From positions 1-64,000 of IMG/VR virus record IMGVR_UViG_3300022744_000022: DNA of 64,000 bases; one strand, written 5' to 3'. The translations under genes and the position numbers were made by a program. Positions 17,787 to 28,262 of this stretch are shown piece after piece. Under the pieces are notes generated by a model that searched no databases, had not been told where the DNA came from, and worked only from the letters and a program-made list of their open reading frames with translations. Each line of letters opens with the position of its first letter. The stretch's first letter is position 1.

Positions 17787-20700
17787 ATGGCTTTCGAGAT
17801 TTCAGGTTACGTTCTTGAGCCCATTCGCGTGGGGCAGGCCAATTCGCCCTTCACGCAGACCCCTGACAACCTGATCTCGGATCAGGGTACGTTCGATGCC
17901 GCGTACCCTTCTGCTGAGACGGTCTCCAGGACAGACTACTTGGTCGTGGTGACTTCTGAGGGAACCCCGCACGCTGGGTTCCTTGTGGATGCTCAGTTTG
18001 GTTGGACCAAGAACGAAGGCACGAGCAACCTTGGGCCTGTCGTCCAACGGTTTGCCTACGCGGCTCAGCAAGGGCGTTTCAAGCCTCTGCCCGGGGCTGC
18101 CATCACGGTCGTTGGTAACCTCGCGGCGGACTCCAACACGAATCGGTTGAAGGTTCGGGCACCTGTTCAGGTTGCCGTGGTTCCGGATGCCCCGTACCGC
18201 CTCTCTGTGGGCTCTACGGGCTCCGGTGTGGACTGGGCCGTTACGGTCGTGGCTCTTGACGTGGACTTTGGGTCCCCGCCCCCTGGGACCGCTGAGCTGT
18301 CTCTAGAGACAGGTAACCTGAATTGGAATGCCAGTGACCTGACCACGGAAGCGGGCAAGATTGTTCGGTTCCAACAGCAGCAGTTTTTCGACTTCACTGA
18401 ATCCACGGGAAACGTGGGGCACGCCCCCGTCAGCTTGACGGACCCGCTCATCTTGTTGAACCCCAAGCCTGGCACCGGGCAGTTTCCGTTGCTCCGCTTT
18501 GGCTTTGGTTTCTACCTCCAGACCATCGAGGTTGCGACGGATGCGGGGTTGACCCCTGCTCCGGCGTCCGGTTTCGTGAAGTGGTCTTTGGCAACTGGCC
18601 GTCTGGCGTTCAACGCAGGGGATGCTGCCGTTAACGCTGGGATCCCGGTTTACTACGACGGGGTGCTGTTCGCGACGGGTCTGACGTTGCCTCGTCAAGT
18701 GCTGGGGGACATCGCGACCCCGGCGGCCATCGTGGGTTTGCCCCCTGTGGGCGTGGACCTGATCTTCTCGCTGCCCTCAGCCCCCACGTACTACCAGTTC
18801 CCTCGCTTCAAATACCTGCCCAGCGCTTCGTTTTCGCCGTCCGGAAAGGTGGGGGAGGTCCAGGTAGACCCTTTGACGGGTGTCGTGAAGTTCTCGACCT
18901 CGGATCAGGGTACCTACGCGGGTGAGTCGGTCACTCTGGTGTTCGGGGACTTGCCGATCGAGCGCGGTATCTCGATGCGGCTCTTACGGACCCCGGTGAA
19001 CCTTGACGGCAGCCAAGCGTTCAAGGATGTGACGGCGATCTACGAGGTAGAGGGGGCCACTTGGGCCGACCCCATCATCGGGTCCCCGCAAGTCTTCTTG
19101 CCCTCGACTCCGATTCAAGACCCTGTGTACCCGTTGACGGTCAAGGTGTTTCAGGGGCAGGGGTCGTTCACCAGCAACGACTTCCCGGACCTTTCTTTGG
19201 TTGTGGCTGGCACGAGTACGACGTTCACAGGTCCGACTCTCACGGATCCGTTGGCTAGCTTTATCACGGCTGGGGTCACTACTGGATCTCTGTTGCAAAT
19301 TCACACGACTGTGGCCAAAGGGCTCTACACAGTTGTCACCGTCACCCCAACGACCTTGACAACTAACCCTCCGGCACCTTCGGCTGTCGTGGGGGCCACC
19401 TACAGCATCTACCCGGCGAGCAACCTTGGGTATTACATCGACTTCGATGCGGGGACGTTGTTCTACGCCCAACGTAAGAACCTGACGATCGTCCCGATCA
19501 CACAGCGCACATCCGATGTGCTGCTTCCCGACCCCTTGGTACTTTCGGGTAATGCCCTACTGGAGCTTGAGACGGGGCCGGGCACAGGGCTTTACGACCC
19601 GCTTGTCTTGGGTACCGATGCCTTGTTCGATTCGACCTCGGGCGTTGTGTCTCTCACGACGAATGCGGGGCAGATTGTTGCACAGGGAACCGCAGCCTCG
19701 TTCTCGGGCACAGCCTTCACGGATCTGACGGCGGACTTCCTTACGGCGGGGGTGCAGCCAGGGTATCTGATTGAGATCGACACGACCGCTGCCAAGGGGG
19801 TTTATACGGTTCAGGCTGTGGTGTCGGCTACAGCTCTCACTACGGATGTACCGTCGCCCTCGCCTGTTTCGGGTGCCCAGTACAGTGTTCGGGTCAATCG
19901 TGAGGTGCTCGCGGATCGCTACTTTGATGAAGTGCAGTTGGTGGACCCCTCCACCAAGGTCGAGCGTATCCGAGAGTTAGGCGTGGCCTCGAACGGCCCA
20001 CGTCTCAACATCCCAATCGCCTACGTGAACAGCTCGGGGTTTCGTTTTGGACCGGCTTCAGGCGGGCAGTTCGCTACGGTCGTGGTGGTGCCTAACAACG
20101 GCGCTTTCACGGCACCCCCGACGGGTACCGTGCAGGTGAGTGCAGCTTCCGGCGACTTGAACTTTGCAGCCGCCGACCTTGGGACCACCGTGTACTGGGC
20201 CAAAGCTCTGGTCCCTGACGTGGACTACATCATGTCCCCTGGGTTGGGTTTGATCCAATTCACGGACCGCATGCTGACTCAGGAAGAAGTCCTGATCACG
20301 TACACGACGCAGCCGCCTTCTACGGATCCTCCGACGCCAGCCGGACCCCCTGTCACCGAGTACGCTCGGTTTCTGATCCGCAAGGAAGTCACGCAAGACC
20401 ACCCTACCCCGACCTCTACGTTGACGTTCAACGTCGCTAGTCCGGGTAGGCCCGTTCTTCCGGTTGCTTCCGATCCACCCCCAGCCGTCTTTCGTGGTGG
20501 GCGACCGCAGAAGCTCGGGATTCAATGCGTGGTGGATACGGTTGCCTCCACCATCACATTCCTGGCCGACTCGATCATCTCGGATGCTCTCCCCCACGGG
20601 GCGATCATCAATCCTAGCGAACGAGTCTACATTGACTACTACGTGACGCAGGCTGTCGGCGGTGAAAAGACCACGACGGTCCTGCACCCGCCGATCCAAA

Positions 20701-23700
20701 CGGCTACCGTCAACATTCAAGAGACGGATCAGAACGGTAACCCCAACAACAAGTTCACGATCACGGGTGGGGACTACACAGCGAGCTTTCCAACCGGGTA
20801 CTTGCTGCGTATCGAGAAGGAGCAAGTCTACCTGATCGGCAGCTCGACCTATGCCAGCGGCATCACGACGGTCACGTTGGAGGGCACTCAGGTCTTCCAG
20901 GACACGTTCAACGATCCCAAGCTCTACGTGTCGTCAGGGCCTACCCCCATCACGAGTGCTCCGCTGGTACCCGCGTACTTCACCTCGGAGATCCAGGCGT
21001 TCGAGGCCATCGCTCGGGGCAGCAACACGCTCTTGATCGCGGGGGATCGAACCCTCTCGTACCGTACCGGCACAGTGCTTTTGTTCACGGATGGCGGGGC
21101 AACCTTCACGGACTTCCTGCAAGTCTCGGGGGCGAGCTACGATCCTGATACGGACCGTACGACGGTCATGTTGTCGGCGAACGCTTTGCGCCAGTACGTG
21201 CAGGGGACGCAACTTCTGCTCTACTCGGTTCGGCCGATCTTCGAGCCCCCAACTCTTGAAGTCCAGACCAGCCAGATCCCGGTTCTGACCCAAACCACTA
21301 TTGTGTATCGCAGGGTTACGGGCCAACCGGGCGTTCTCCTGAATTCGCCCACGGACTACAAGATCGATGACACAGGGCGCGTGGTGTTCACGACGGCTCT
21401 CGCCCCGTTGGAGGAGTTCTCGATCTTCTACACGGGGCTCAGGGTAGTCTCGCCCGGAATCAACCTGCGGGCCTCCTACACGAGCCAGATTGCCCCCAAT
21501 GCTAACAACGGGCTTCTCGGCCAGGTTTTGTTGGCGGACTACTTCATCCAGTCTCCCGATACGTTTTACTACCGTGTCGAGACGATGACGAACTTCCGAG
21601 GCGAGTATGCCAAGGAACTTGAGTCCGAAGCGAGCAGCGGCTCATCGGGACCACAGACCTCGAACGCTTCTCAGCCGCAGCTCTTTGAGCAGGGTCGTAA
21701 GTCCCTGTACTTCGATGAGAAGCACTTGGCGAACCAGGACATCATCGCCAGGTCTAGCCTGCTGTTCTACAACAACTCGGTCAACCTTCTTGAGGCCTAT
21801 CTGAGGGCGCTTGATGGTCGGGTCATCGGCAACAACGATGGGCCTCTCTTGTTCGATGGGACCACAGGTGCTGTACATCCCCCGGGCCCTGTGACAAATC
21901 AGATCGATGACGTGATCCAGGTGTCACCGGCACCGTACTCAATCACGTTCCCGCCCTTCGCCGTGACTTCGATTGGGACGTTCCGGAAATACTACATTCC
22001 GGGGTCGTTGAGTCGGTTCTACCCGACCTCGAAGAATTTCTTCGCTGTCTCTGCCGTGACCCCTACTTCAGAGACGGGGGACGAAGTTTTCGATACCCGG
22101 GCCACGAACGTCACCCTCGTGTCCGACCTGCATACGCGGCTAGCTTGGGGCGTTCTCACCGAGTCTACGGCTTTCTCAGGAAACTCAATCCTCAAGGTTG
22201 ACTTTGCGCTAGGTACGGAACCCGGGTTTTCGGACCAGGCTGAGAAGTATGCCCGTCCGCCGTTCAAGAACGGTATGAAGTGTGTGGTCCAACGGCGGGA
22301 TGGGACGTTCATCAACACGGCGGCGAGCCCCGTCACAGTCACTGCTGTGGCGGCCAATCAGTTGACGGTCTCGAATCTAGCGGGCGTTGCTGACGTTGGG
22401 ACCACTGTATACCGCTCCCCCATCGATGACTCGGCGCAGACGAATGAGAACGAGCTGATCTACTATGTGCTGAGCCGCGACTACTCCTTCAACGGGGACA
22501 GCGGTCAAGGCATCTACATCGCGGAGTTTACGCCTTTGGCGAACACCCCGCTTGTGGAGGCACAGGCTCTCTCGGGCAAGATCAATCTCGTCAACACCCT
22601 AACCTCGCCCCTTCAGTTTCCAGCGCTCTACGGGGGCATTGAGGACGACGACGGGGATCTGAGCTTCCCGATCCAAACTCCGGATCCCAACAGCGAGTTG
22701 AATGGCTACCTCTATACCGAGGACAAGCTCATTCATGCCGTGACGGGGTTCATTCGGACCGCTACGACTCCGCCTTATGTGGCGACGGGCGACTGCACTG
22801 CAAGCATCATCACGAATGTGGGTGGTCCTTGGCCTGCCCCAGCGCCACAGGTCAACGATTTGGTTCGTATTTTGACAGGGCCCAATGGACCCTCGACTTT
22901 CCGTCGCATTACTGTAGTGGGTGCGAGCACCATTACAGTAGCAGGCACGCCCTATACGCCGGACGTGGGGTTCACATTCGAGGTGACAGTGAGTCCGGTA
23001 CTAGCCGGTACTGTGGCGGGTACGAGCACAGTTACTCAGCTTGATGCGCTCACCGGGTCTTTTGCGACGGCTGCCGTAGGGCAGACGGTAATCTTTGGTA
23101 CGGTCCCAGGACAGGCGGAGCGTCGGCAGATCTCTGAGATTTTGAGTGGCACATCACTCACGTTCACACCTGCGTTGACTCTGGCACCTCTGCTTGGTTC
23201 AGCTTGGAGAATCAGCGATTCGTTGGCGACCTACGGCGGCACCTCGGGCGATCACATGACCGAGTTGAGTGCAGCGCTGGCTGGGGAGATCTTGCTCTAC
23301 CCGGATGAGCAGCAGTACATCGAGGACTTCCTCGATCAAGTCTTCACGAACGTGACGACCGGAACAGGCTCCACTAGTGCAGCGGTGCTCACGGACCTAC
23401 TTGCTACGTTCCTAGACGATGGGGTATCGGCGGTCAATTACGTCTACATCGAGACAGGGTTGAACGCGGGCATCTACCCCGTGCAAGCAGTGACGCAGAC
23501 GCAGATCACAGTGACAGCACCCTTCCCAGTGGTGTTGGGTGGCGTCGCTTACCGGATTGTCTCCCTGTTTGGGGCCTCGGAAGCTTCGGTGCAAGCGCTC
23601 TTTACACTCCATCAGAGCATCGCGGCTTTGCTCAGTAGTGCAACGGCTTTCCAGACCTTGATCTCGACTCCTGTGTCAGTGACCCGGACCCCGACGGCGG

Positions 23701-23984
23701 ACACCACATCGTTTGCTAGAGCGACGTTGACCACGGATTTGGATGCTCGGGACTGGGATGTGGACGCTCGTCTTGCAGCGATCCCCACGGATATTGAGAC
23801 GGTCCAGAATGTGTTGGCCAACACGGATAGGTTGTACGACACGCGGTACACGTGGGTTGACGCGAGAATCAACTTGGAAAGTGGCTTGGTTGTGCAACAG
23901 GCCACCGCCACCGCGAATCGGGTCAAAGAACAGGCCAACATCTACAAGCAGTTGATCAAGTTGCTGGCTGTGGAGGCCCCATGA
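17787..23984 (+). CDS. giant beta-rich virion structural protein (2065 aa) with repeated modules
   Basis: Thr/Val/Gly/Pro-rich, repeated ~65-aa modules, helical C-terminus, inside the baseplate operon. Confidence 0.85.
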   Translation: MAFEISGYVLEPIRVGQANSPFTQTPDNLISDQGTFDAAYPSAETVSRTDYLVVVTSEGTPHAGFLVDAQFGWTKNEGTSNLGPVVQRFAYAAQQGRFKPLPGAAITVVGNLAADSNTNRLKVRAPVQVAVVPDAPYRLSVGSTGSGVDWAVTVVALDVDFGSPPPGTAELSLETGNLNWNASDLTTEAGKIVRFQQQQFFDFTESTGNVGHAPVSLTDPLILLNPKPGTGQFPLLRFGFGFYLQTIEVATDAGLTPAPASGFVKWSLATGRLAFNAGDAAVNAGIPVYYDGVLFATGLTLPRQVLGDIATPAAIVGLPPVGVDLIFSLPSAPTYYQFPRFKYLPSASFSPSGKVGEVQVDPLTGVVKFSTSDQGTYAGESVTLVFGDLPIERGISMRLLRTPVNLDGSQAFKDVTAIYEVEGATWADPIIGSPQVFLPSTPIQDPVYPLTVKVFQGQGSFTSNDFPDLSLVVAGTSTTFTGPTLTDPLASFITAGVTTGSLLQIHTTVAKGLYTVVTVTPTTLTTNPPAPSAVVGATYSIYPASNLGYYIDFDAGTLFYAQRKNLTIVPITQRTSDVLLPDPLVLSGNALLELETGPGTGLYDPLVLGTDALFDSTSGVVSLTTNAGQIVAQGTAASFSGTAFTDLTADFLTAGVQPGYLIEIDTTAAKGVYTVQAVVSATALTTDVPSPSPVSGAQYSVRVNREVLADRYFDEVQLVDPSTKVERIRELGVASNGPRLNIPIAYVNSSGFRFGPASGGQFATVVVVPNNGAFTAPPTGTVQVSAASGDLNFAAADLGTTVYWAKALVPDVDYIMSPGLGLIQFTDRMLTQEEVLITYTTQPPSTDPPTPAGPPVTEYARFLIRKEVTQDHPTPTSTLTFNVASPGRPVLPVASDPPPAVFRGGRPQKLGIQCVVDTVASTITFLADSIISDALPHGAIINPSERVYIDYYVTQAVGGEKTTTVLHPPIQTATVNIQETDQNGNPNNKFTITGGDYTASFPTGYLLRIEKEQVYLIGSSTYASGITTVTLEGTQVFQDTFNDPKLYVSSGPTPITSAPLVPAYFTSEIQAFEAIARGSNTLLIAGDRTLSYRTGTVLLFTDGGATFTDFLQVSGASYDPDTDRTTVMLSANALRQYVQGTQLLLYSVRPIFEPPTLEVQTSQIPVLTQTTIVYRRVTGQPGVLLNSPTDYKIDDTGRVVFTTALAPLEEFSIFYTGLRVVSPGINLRASYTSQIAPNANNGLLGQVLLADYFIQSPDTFYYRVETMTNFRGEYAKELESEASSGSSGPQTSNASQPQLFEQGRKSLYFDEKHLANQDIIARSSLLFYNNSVNLLEAYLRALDGRVIGNNDGPLLFDGTTGAVHPPGPVTNQIDDVIQVSPAPYSITFPPFAVTSIGTFRKYYIPGSLSRFYPTSKNFFAVSAVTPTSETGDEVFDTRATNVTLVSDLHTRLAWGVLTESTAFSGNSILKVDFALGTEPGFSDQAEKYARPPFKNGMKCVVQRRDGTFINTAASPVTVTAVAANQLTVSNLAGVADVGTTVYRSPIDDSAQTNENELIYYVLSRDYSFNGDSGQGIYIAEFTPLANTPLVEAQALSGKINLVNTLTSPLQFPALYGGIEDDDGDLSFPIQTPDPNSELNGYLYTEDKLIHAVTGFIRTATTPPYVATGDCTASIITNVGGPWPAPAPQVNDLVRILTGPNGPSTFRRITVVGASTITVAGTPYTPDVGFTFEVTVSPVLAGTVAGTSTVTQLDALTGSFATAAVGQTVIFGTVPGQAERRQISEILSGTSLTFTPALTLAPLLGSAWRISDSLATYGGTSGDHMTELSAALAGEILLYPDEQQYIEDFLDQVFTNVTTGTGSTSAAVLTDLLATFLDDGVSAVNYVYIETGLNAGIYPVQAVTQTQITVTAPFPVVLGGVAYRIVSLFGASEASVQALFTLHQSIAALLSSATAFQTLISTPVSVTRTPTADTTSFARATLTTDLDARDWDVDARLAAIPTDIETVQNVLANTDRLYDTRYTWVDARINLESGLVVQQATATANRVKEQANIYKQLIKLLAVEAP

Positions 23985-24172
23985 GCGACGAAACCCCGCC
24001 CGAAGAAACCCCCAAGGACGAGACGCCTCCTAAGCCTAAGGGCGCTTGGGAAAAGCGTGAGTTCGCGATCAATGGGCGTATGAAAGAGATCTGTCGCCTG
24101 AGTGCGGCGGCCACAGAGGCTGAGATTGCAGGCCTCAAGCGCAAGCTAGCTAAATTGCAGTACGGAAGCTGA
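23981..24172 (+). CDS. small hypothetical protein (63 aa), DETPP repeats and coiled-coil C-terminus
   Basis: ATGA overlap, GGAGG SD, fills the gap. Confidence 0.7.
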   Translation: MSDETPPEETPKDETPPKPKGAWEKREFAINGRMKEICRLSAAATEAEIAGLKRKLAKLQYGS

Positions 24173-24178
24173 ATCTGA

Positions 24179-26344
24179 ATGGCCACCACCGCAAATTGGG
24201 AGTCGCTTTCAATCCAGATCCCTGGGCAGGATCTTCTGGAGAAGGCGAGGAACGTCCTAGAGACCTTGATGGTCTACCTGGAGGTTCTCAAGGCTATCCT
24301 CGAAACCGTAAAGGTCTTCCTGGTTGACTTCGGCAACCCGATCAAGGCGTTGGTCGAAGCGCTCATCCAGTTAATTATAGACCTGTTTGAGTCTCTCAAG
24401 CGCACGGGCATCTACGGTTGGTTTGACATCCCCAACCCGTTGGTCGATCCCAACTTCAATTTGCATGTCGGCGGGTACCAGGCGTTCACGACGCGCTTCA
24501 AGGCGGGGCTCTACGATTCTAGGGATCCGAACCGTCCGCAGCCGATCTCAGGCCTCACCAACAGCGGGTTCACTATCATTGTGGCTGACGCAGAGAGCCC
24601 CATGGCTCTGCTTAAGTTCATTCAGGTCTTGCTTCGCTTCCTGGGTAAGGAGTTCTTGACGCCGCAGTACGCGGCCCCCGCCAACTTCAAAGTGCTGCCT
24701 CTGGGTTCCAGCGGGGATCCCATCTTATCTGTTGTCAAGCTGTTCCAGGACCAACCTAAGTCAGTTGTGGTCGAGTGGTCACTACCTCCGGCTAAGAACC
24801 CCGGTGATCCAGGGTTCTCGGACCTGATCCAAGCCTTCTCAACGGACTTCATCCCCCCTCGGTTCCTGATCGAGAAGAGTGAGATCAACCCGGCTGTCGG
24901 CGAAGTCAGCGCGCAAGACATGGGCGACCCGGAAGCTGCGGGTCAGGTCGTTGAGACGCTGCCCACAGAGTTCAGGGCCCGAGGGCTTGGTGACAACATT
25001 GAGCGTAAGGTCAGGTTGAACGACCAGTACGGCGACCCGTTTCTCAAGTTCCAGAAGTACATCATCATCGATACCTCGAACAACACCTCAACGTTCTTGT
25101 TGGGGCAGCTCGGCACGTTCCGCTACATTGACAATGATGTAGAGCTGAACAAGACGTACTACTACCGAGTTCGTGCGTACAGCGGTGACTTGAAGGTTTC
25201 AGGCACGTCCCTGGCTTTCGAGACTGCCCCTAAGTTTGATTCGGTAAGCGGCAACTTTTTTATCGAGTGGCCTGGGGACGATCCTATCATGGGCAAGGCT
25301 TCCCCTGTTGCCCCCATCATGATTCCGGAGTACCCGGACAAGTTCGATGTGATCGAGAACTTGAGGCGTCTATTCCAGACGGCGTTCTCGCTCAACTTCC
25401 ACTTGCCGCTTCCGATTGATCCCGACACAGGGAAGCTGTTTGACCCTTTGCTTGATCAGTGGATCGGTGAGGGCTCTCTTACGTCGATGGCAGGGCCCCT
25501 CACGTCGTTTCAGGCGGTGCCCTTGGTGGGGGACGCCGTATCTAGCGTCACGGATGTGACGGCTCAGTTCCAGCCTTCCCCGGTAACGGGGAAGCTTCCT
25601 GTGCCCCCGTGGTGCGAGGCAGGTGTCCAACGGAACGCCTCTAGACTCGCAACTATTGTGGCGGGTGCGATGCTTGAGGCGAACTCAGCGGTAGCGTTCA
25701 AAGCGTTGATGGAAGGGCCTTACCCTAAAGGCACACCGAGTGTTCCTAAGTTGACCGCCACTACGATCTCGGAGCTGGTGTTCGAGATCACCAAGGTCCA
25801 GGATCCTCAGTTAGCGGGTCAAGGGGCGGTCCAGGCGGCTGGTGTGTTGTACGGGGGCGCGTTCCCCAACAAGCAGGTCCGCGAAAACGTGCTGGCGGCT
25901 GTGGAATTCTGCAAGTCGTTCACACTCGGAGGCACGCCTCCGGACTGGATCCAGGTCAGCTTCTTGCGGGACATCGTGCCCTGGTCGGGACAGTTGCTTT
26001 ACGACCTGTTGGCTAAGATGCAGGCGCTTTTGGATGCCTACAAGGGTGTGATTGACGAGATCAAGGCGTTCATCGACCTGATCATCCGGAAGATCGATAC
26101 GCTTGAACGCTTCTTGGAGTACCTGATCTCCATCCTGGACTTCATCGAGAGCTTGTCTCTTGGGTTCTACATCCTCTCGGTGCCGTCCACTGGCGGGGAC
26201 GTGAACGAGTGGGTGTCTATCATCGACAGTGCAGGGGGGACTAAGCCACCCAGCGGTCCGGGTGGGTACACGGCGGGTGTTGCGTTTGCTTACGTGGCTC
26301 CCGATGTGACCGCGTTTGCGGAGGCGTTTGGGCTGATCTTCTGA
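24179..26344 (+). CDS. virion protein with amphipathic helical termini and a central FN3/Ig-like domain
   Basis: YIDNDVELNKTYYYRVRAY is an FN3-like pattern. Long amphipathic helices at both ends. Confidence 0.75.
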   Translation: MATTANWESLSIQIPGQDLLEKARNVLETLMVYLEVLKAILETVKVFLVDFGNPIKALVEALIQLIIDLFESLKRTGIYGWFDIPNPLVDPNFNLHVGGYQAFTTRFKAGLYDSRDPNRPQPISGLTNSGFTIIVADAESPMALLKFIQVLLRFLGKEFLTPQYAAPANFKVLPLGSSGDPILSVVKLFQDQPKSVVVEWSLPPAKNPGDPGFSDLIQAFSTDFIPPRFLIEKSEINPAVGEVSAQDMGDPEAAGQVVETLPTEFRARGLGDNIERKVRLNDQYGDPFLKFQKYIIIDTSNNTSTFLLGQLGTFRYIDNDVELNKTYYYRVRAYSGDLKVSGTSLAFETAPKFDSVSGNFFIEWPGDDPIMGKASPVAPIMIPEYPDKFDVIENLRRLFQTAFSLNFHLPLPIDPDTGKLFDPLLDQWIGEGSLTSMAGPLTSFQAVPLVGDAVSSVTDVTAQFQPSPVTGKLPVPPWCEAGVQRNASRLATIVAGAMLEANSAVAFKALMEGPYPKGTPSVPKLTATTISELVFEITKVQDPQLAGQGAVQAAGVLYGGAFPNKQVRENVLAAVEFCKSFTLGGTPPDWIQVSFLRDIVPWSGQLLYDLLAKMQALLDAYKGVIDEIKAFIDLIIRKIDTLERFLEYLISILDFIESLSLGFYILSVPSTGGDVNEWVSIIDSAGGTKPPSGPGGYTAGVAFAYVAPDVTAFAEAFGLIF

Positions 26345-26352
26345 ACGCACTT

Positions 26353-26362
26353 TTCTCTTGTG
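26353..26362 (+). promoter_or_regulatory. candidate late-promoter motif TTCTCTTGTG
   Basis: Intergenic copy of TTCTYYTRDK, 22 nt before ATG 26385. Confidence 0.35.
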
Positions 26363-26384
26363 AAAGTGCCAGATCGGGCCAGTC

Positions 26385-27116
26385 ATGAGCTTCGACTTCC
26401 AAGGCACATTCACAGCCAGCCAGTTCGCCCGGTTCAAGACTTACGTCCAGAACCAGGTGCAGCTTATCGATGCCCGAATCGCGCATCTTAAGGCGGAGCG
26501 GGCTCGGGTGGGCGACTTGGCGTTTGCCTACGATTCCGGGGGTGCCCCCACAGGTTTGGAGAACGATCCGCCCGACACGTACTGTGGCAGGCTTTTCGGG
26601 GCCTATGAAGCCCTGGGTGGGGATGCGGAGTTTGACCTTCAGGTCCGAAGCACGAGCCAGCCCGTGTTTCGTTTAGCCGGGGATGAAACGCAGGCGGCAC
26701 AGCTCATGAGCAACGGTGAGGTGCTGAGTGTGTTGGGCCTTTCCGACGCGGAATCCTCCCTTGCAATGCAGAGTCTACGGGGGTGGGTCTCCGAGGACCT
26801 TCAACGGAGACGCAATTCACTAGAGCGCAAAATCCGACGCGCTTTGGACTATGCGGAGCAGCTCGATGCCGAGATCTCTACCTTAGAGAGGATGAAAGGT
26901 AGTGTTGATACCAACGGATCACTGGCCTTCTTGTTGAACAGCATCGCCAATCTTACTGCGGACGGGCAGTACACTGCCATTACGCAGGACAACGCGGCCG
27001 ATCCTCACGGTAAATTCGCACGTGCTCCTGTGGCCGGTTACATGCCGGGTCCCGAGGGGGCGGCGGCAACTACGTACGAGAGAACAACCAACGGCCTTGT
27101 GAAGCCAACAGAGTAA
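26385..27116 (+). CDS. hypothetical structural protein (243 aa)
   Basis: ORF in operon, coiled-coil segments. Confidence 0.8.
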   Translation: MSFDFQGTFTASQFARFKTYVQNQVQLIDARIAHLKAERARVGDLAFAYDSGGAPTGLENDPPDTYCGRLFGAYEALGGDAEFDLQVRSTSQPVFRLAGDETQAAQLMSNGEVLSVLGLSDAESSLAMQSLRGWVSEDLQRRRNSLERKIRRALDYAEQLDAEISTLERMKGSVDTNGSLAFLLNSIANLTADGQYTAITQDNAADPHGKFARAPVAGYMPGPEGAAATTYERTTNGLVKPTE

Positions 27117-27120
27117 AGTC

Positions 27121-28251
27121 TTGTCCTTCGATCGCCAAATTGACCAGTTGTGCCCGCATGCCGTTTCCGAGGAAGCGCTCTTTGTCGCGTCCGATCGGCT
27201 AACTGTGCGCCCCTTGCGTCCAATTTCGTCGGCGGCTTCGGTACAGGTCTACCTCAACAACGCCATCCCAGTACCGTCCCAAGGGGTCTTCCTGCCCGCC
27301 AAGTCCTCTGGGACTCGCAGGGGTCCCTTCACAGTGACAGCGGGGGTCAACGATACCCTACAGCTCACCGTGAATCAGGGGGCGGTGCAGACCGTGGTGC
27401 TGCCTGCTTCACGGAACACCCCCGCCACGAGGGTTGCTGCGACGTTGAACCAGCAGTTTCAAGGCGTGGTGTTCTCGGTGGTGAACGACCGTCTTGCTTT
27501 CACCTCAAGGGAAACGGGACCAGCCGTCAGCATCTTCTTGAAGGGCACTAGCACAGCCGCCAGTCTCTTTGGGTTCACAGCCAATCACGAGTACCGGGGA
27601 CAACAGAACGTGCCTGGGTGGACGCTTGTGAGCGATCCCACGACGCTGGAGGACCGTCCAGCCCGACTCATCGTTTTTGATGAGCCCCTTCGGAGTGGCT
27701 CAGACTTCGTGGAGATCTCGTACGTCACGCTCCGTGAGGAATGTCGGCGGTGCGGGGGTACGGGTGTCGAACACGACTGGCGTTACGACATCAACGGTAA
27801 GCTCATCGAGATCAGGGATGAGGGGCTACTCATCCAAGAGCTTCAGAAGGACTTCTACACAATCCGGGGCACCAACCCATTCCACACTTGGTATGGCACG
27901 GGACTCATTGAGGCCATCGGTAAGAAGCTGGTTGCGGGTGGTTTCGCTCAAAACCTTATCGTGGCGGATATCTACCAAGCGTTCAATCGTTGGCAATCCG
28001 TCAAGCGGCAGCAAGAGGATGACGTGGGGCAGGTCGTGACGGACCGCGAGTACCCTTTCCGGTTGCTCTCGGTGAACTTGCAGCAAAGCTCCCAGGATCC
28101 CACCGTTATTTTCGTGACAGTGACCGTACAAAACAGGTCGAACGATCCTATTCAGCTCACTCGTGGGCTCAAACTTCCGCAGTCGCTAGAGCTGGTTAGC
28201 TCAACGGGTACGATCAGGCAGTCTCTTAGCAGCTCGGTTCTCTCGGGTTGA
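27121..28251 (+). CDS. baseplate wedge gp25/gpW-like protein with N-terminal extra domains (TTG start)
   Basis: C-terminal LIQELQKDFYTIRGTNPFHTWYGTGL...VIFVTVTVQN matches the gp25 pattern. Precedes baseplate-J. Confidence 0.65.
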   Translation: MSFDRQIDQLCPHAVSEEALFVASDRLTVRPLRPISSAASVQVYLNNAIPVPSQGVFLPAKSSGTRRGPFTVTAGVNDTLQLTVNQGAVQTVVLPASRNTPATRVAATLNQQFQGVVFSVVNDRLAFTSRETGPAVSIFLKGTSTAASLFGFTANHEYRGQQNVPGWTLVSDPTTLEDRPARLIVFDEPLRSGSDFVEISYVTLREECRRCGGTGVEHDWRYDINGKLIEIRDEGLLIQELQKDFYTIRGTNPFHTWYGTGLIEAIGKKLVAGGFAQNLIVADIYQAFNRWQSVKRQQEDDVGQVVTDREYPFRLLSVNLQQSSQDPTVIFVTVTVQNRSNDPIQLTRGLKLPQSLELVSSTGTIRQSLSSSVLSG

Positions 28252-28262
28252 GGTCCTTCTGA

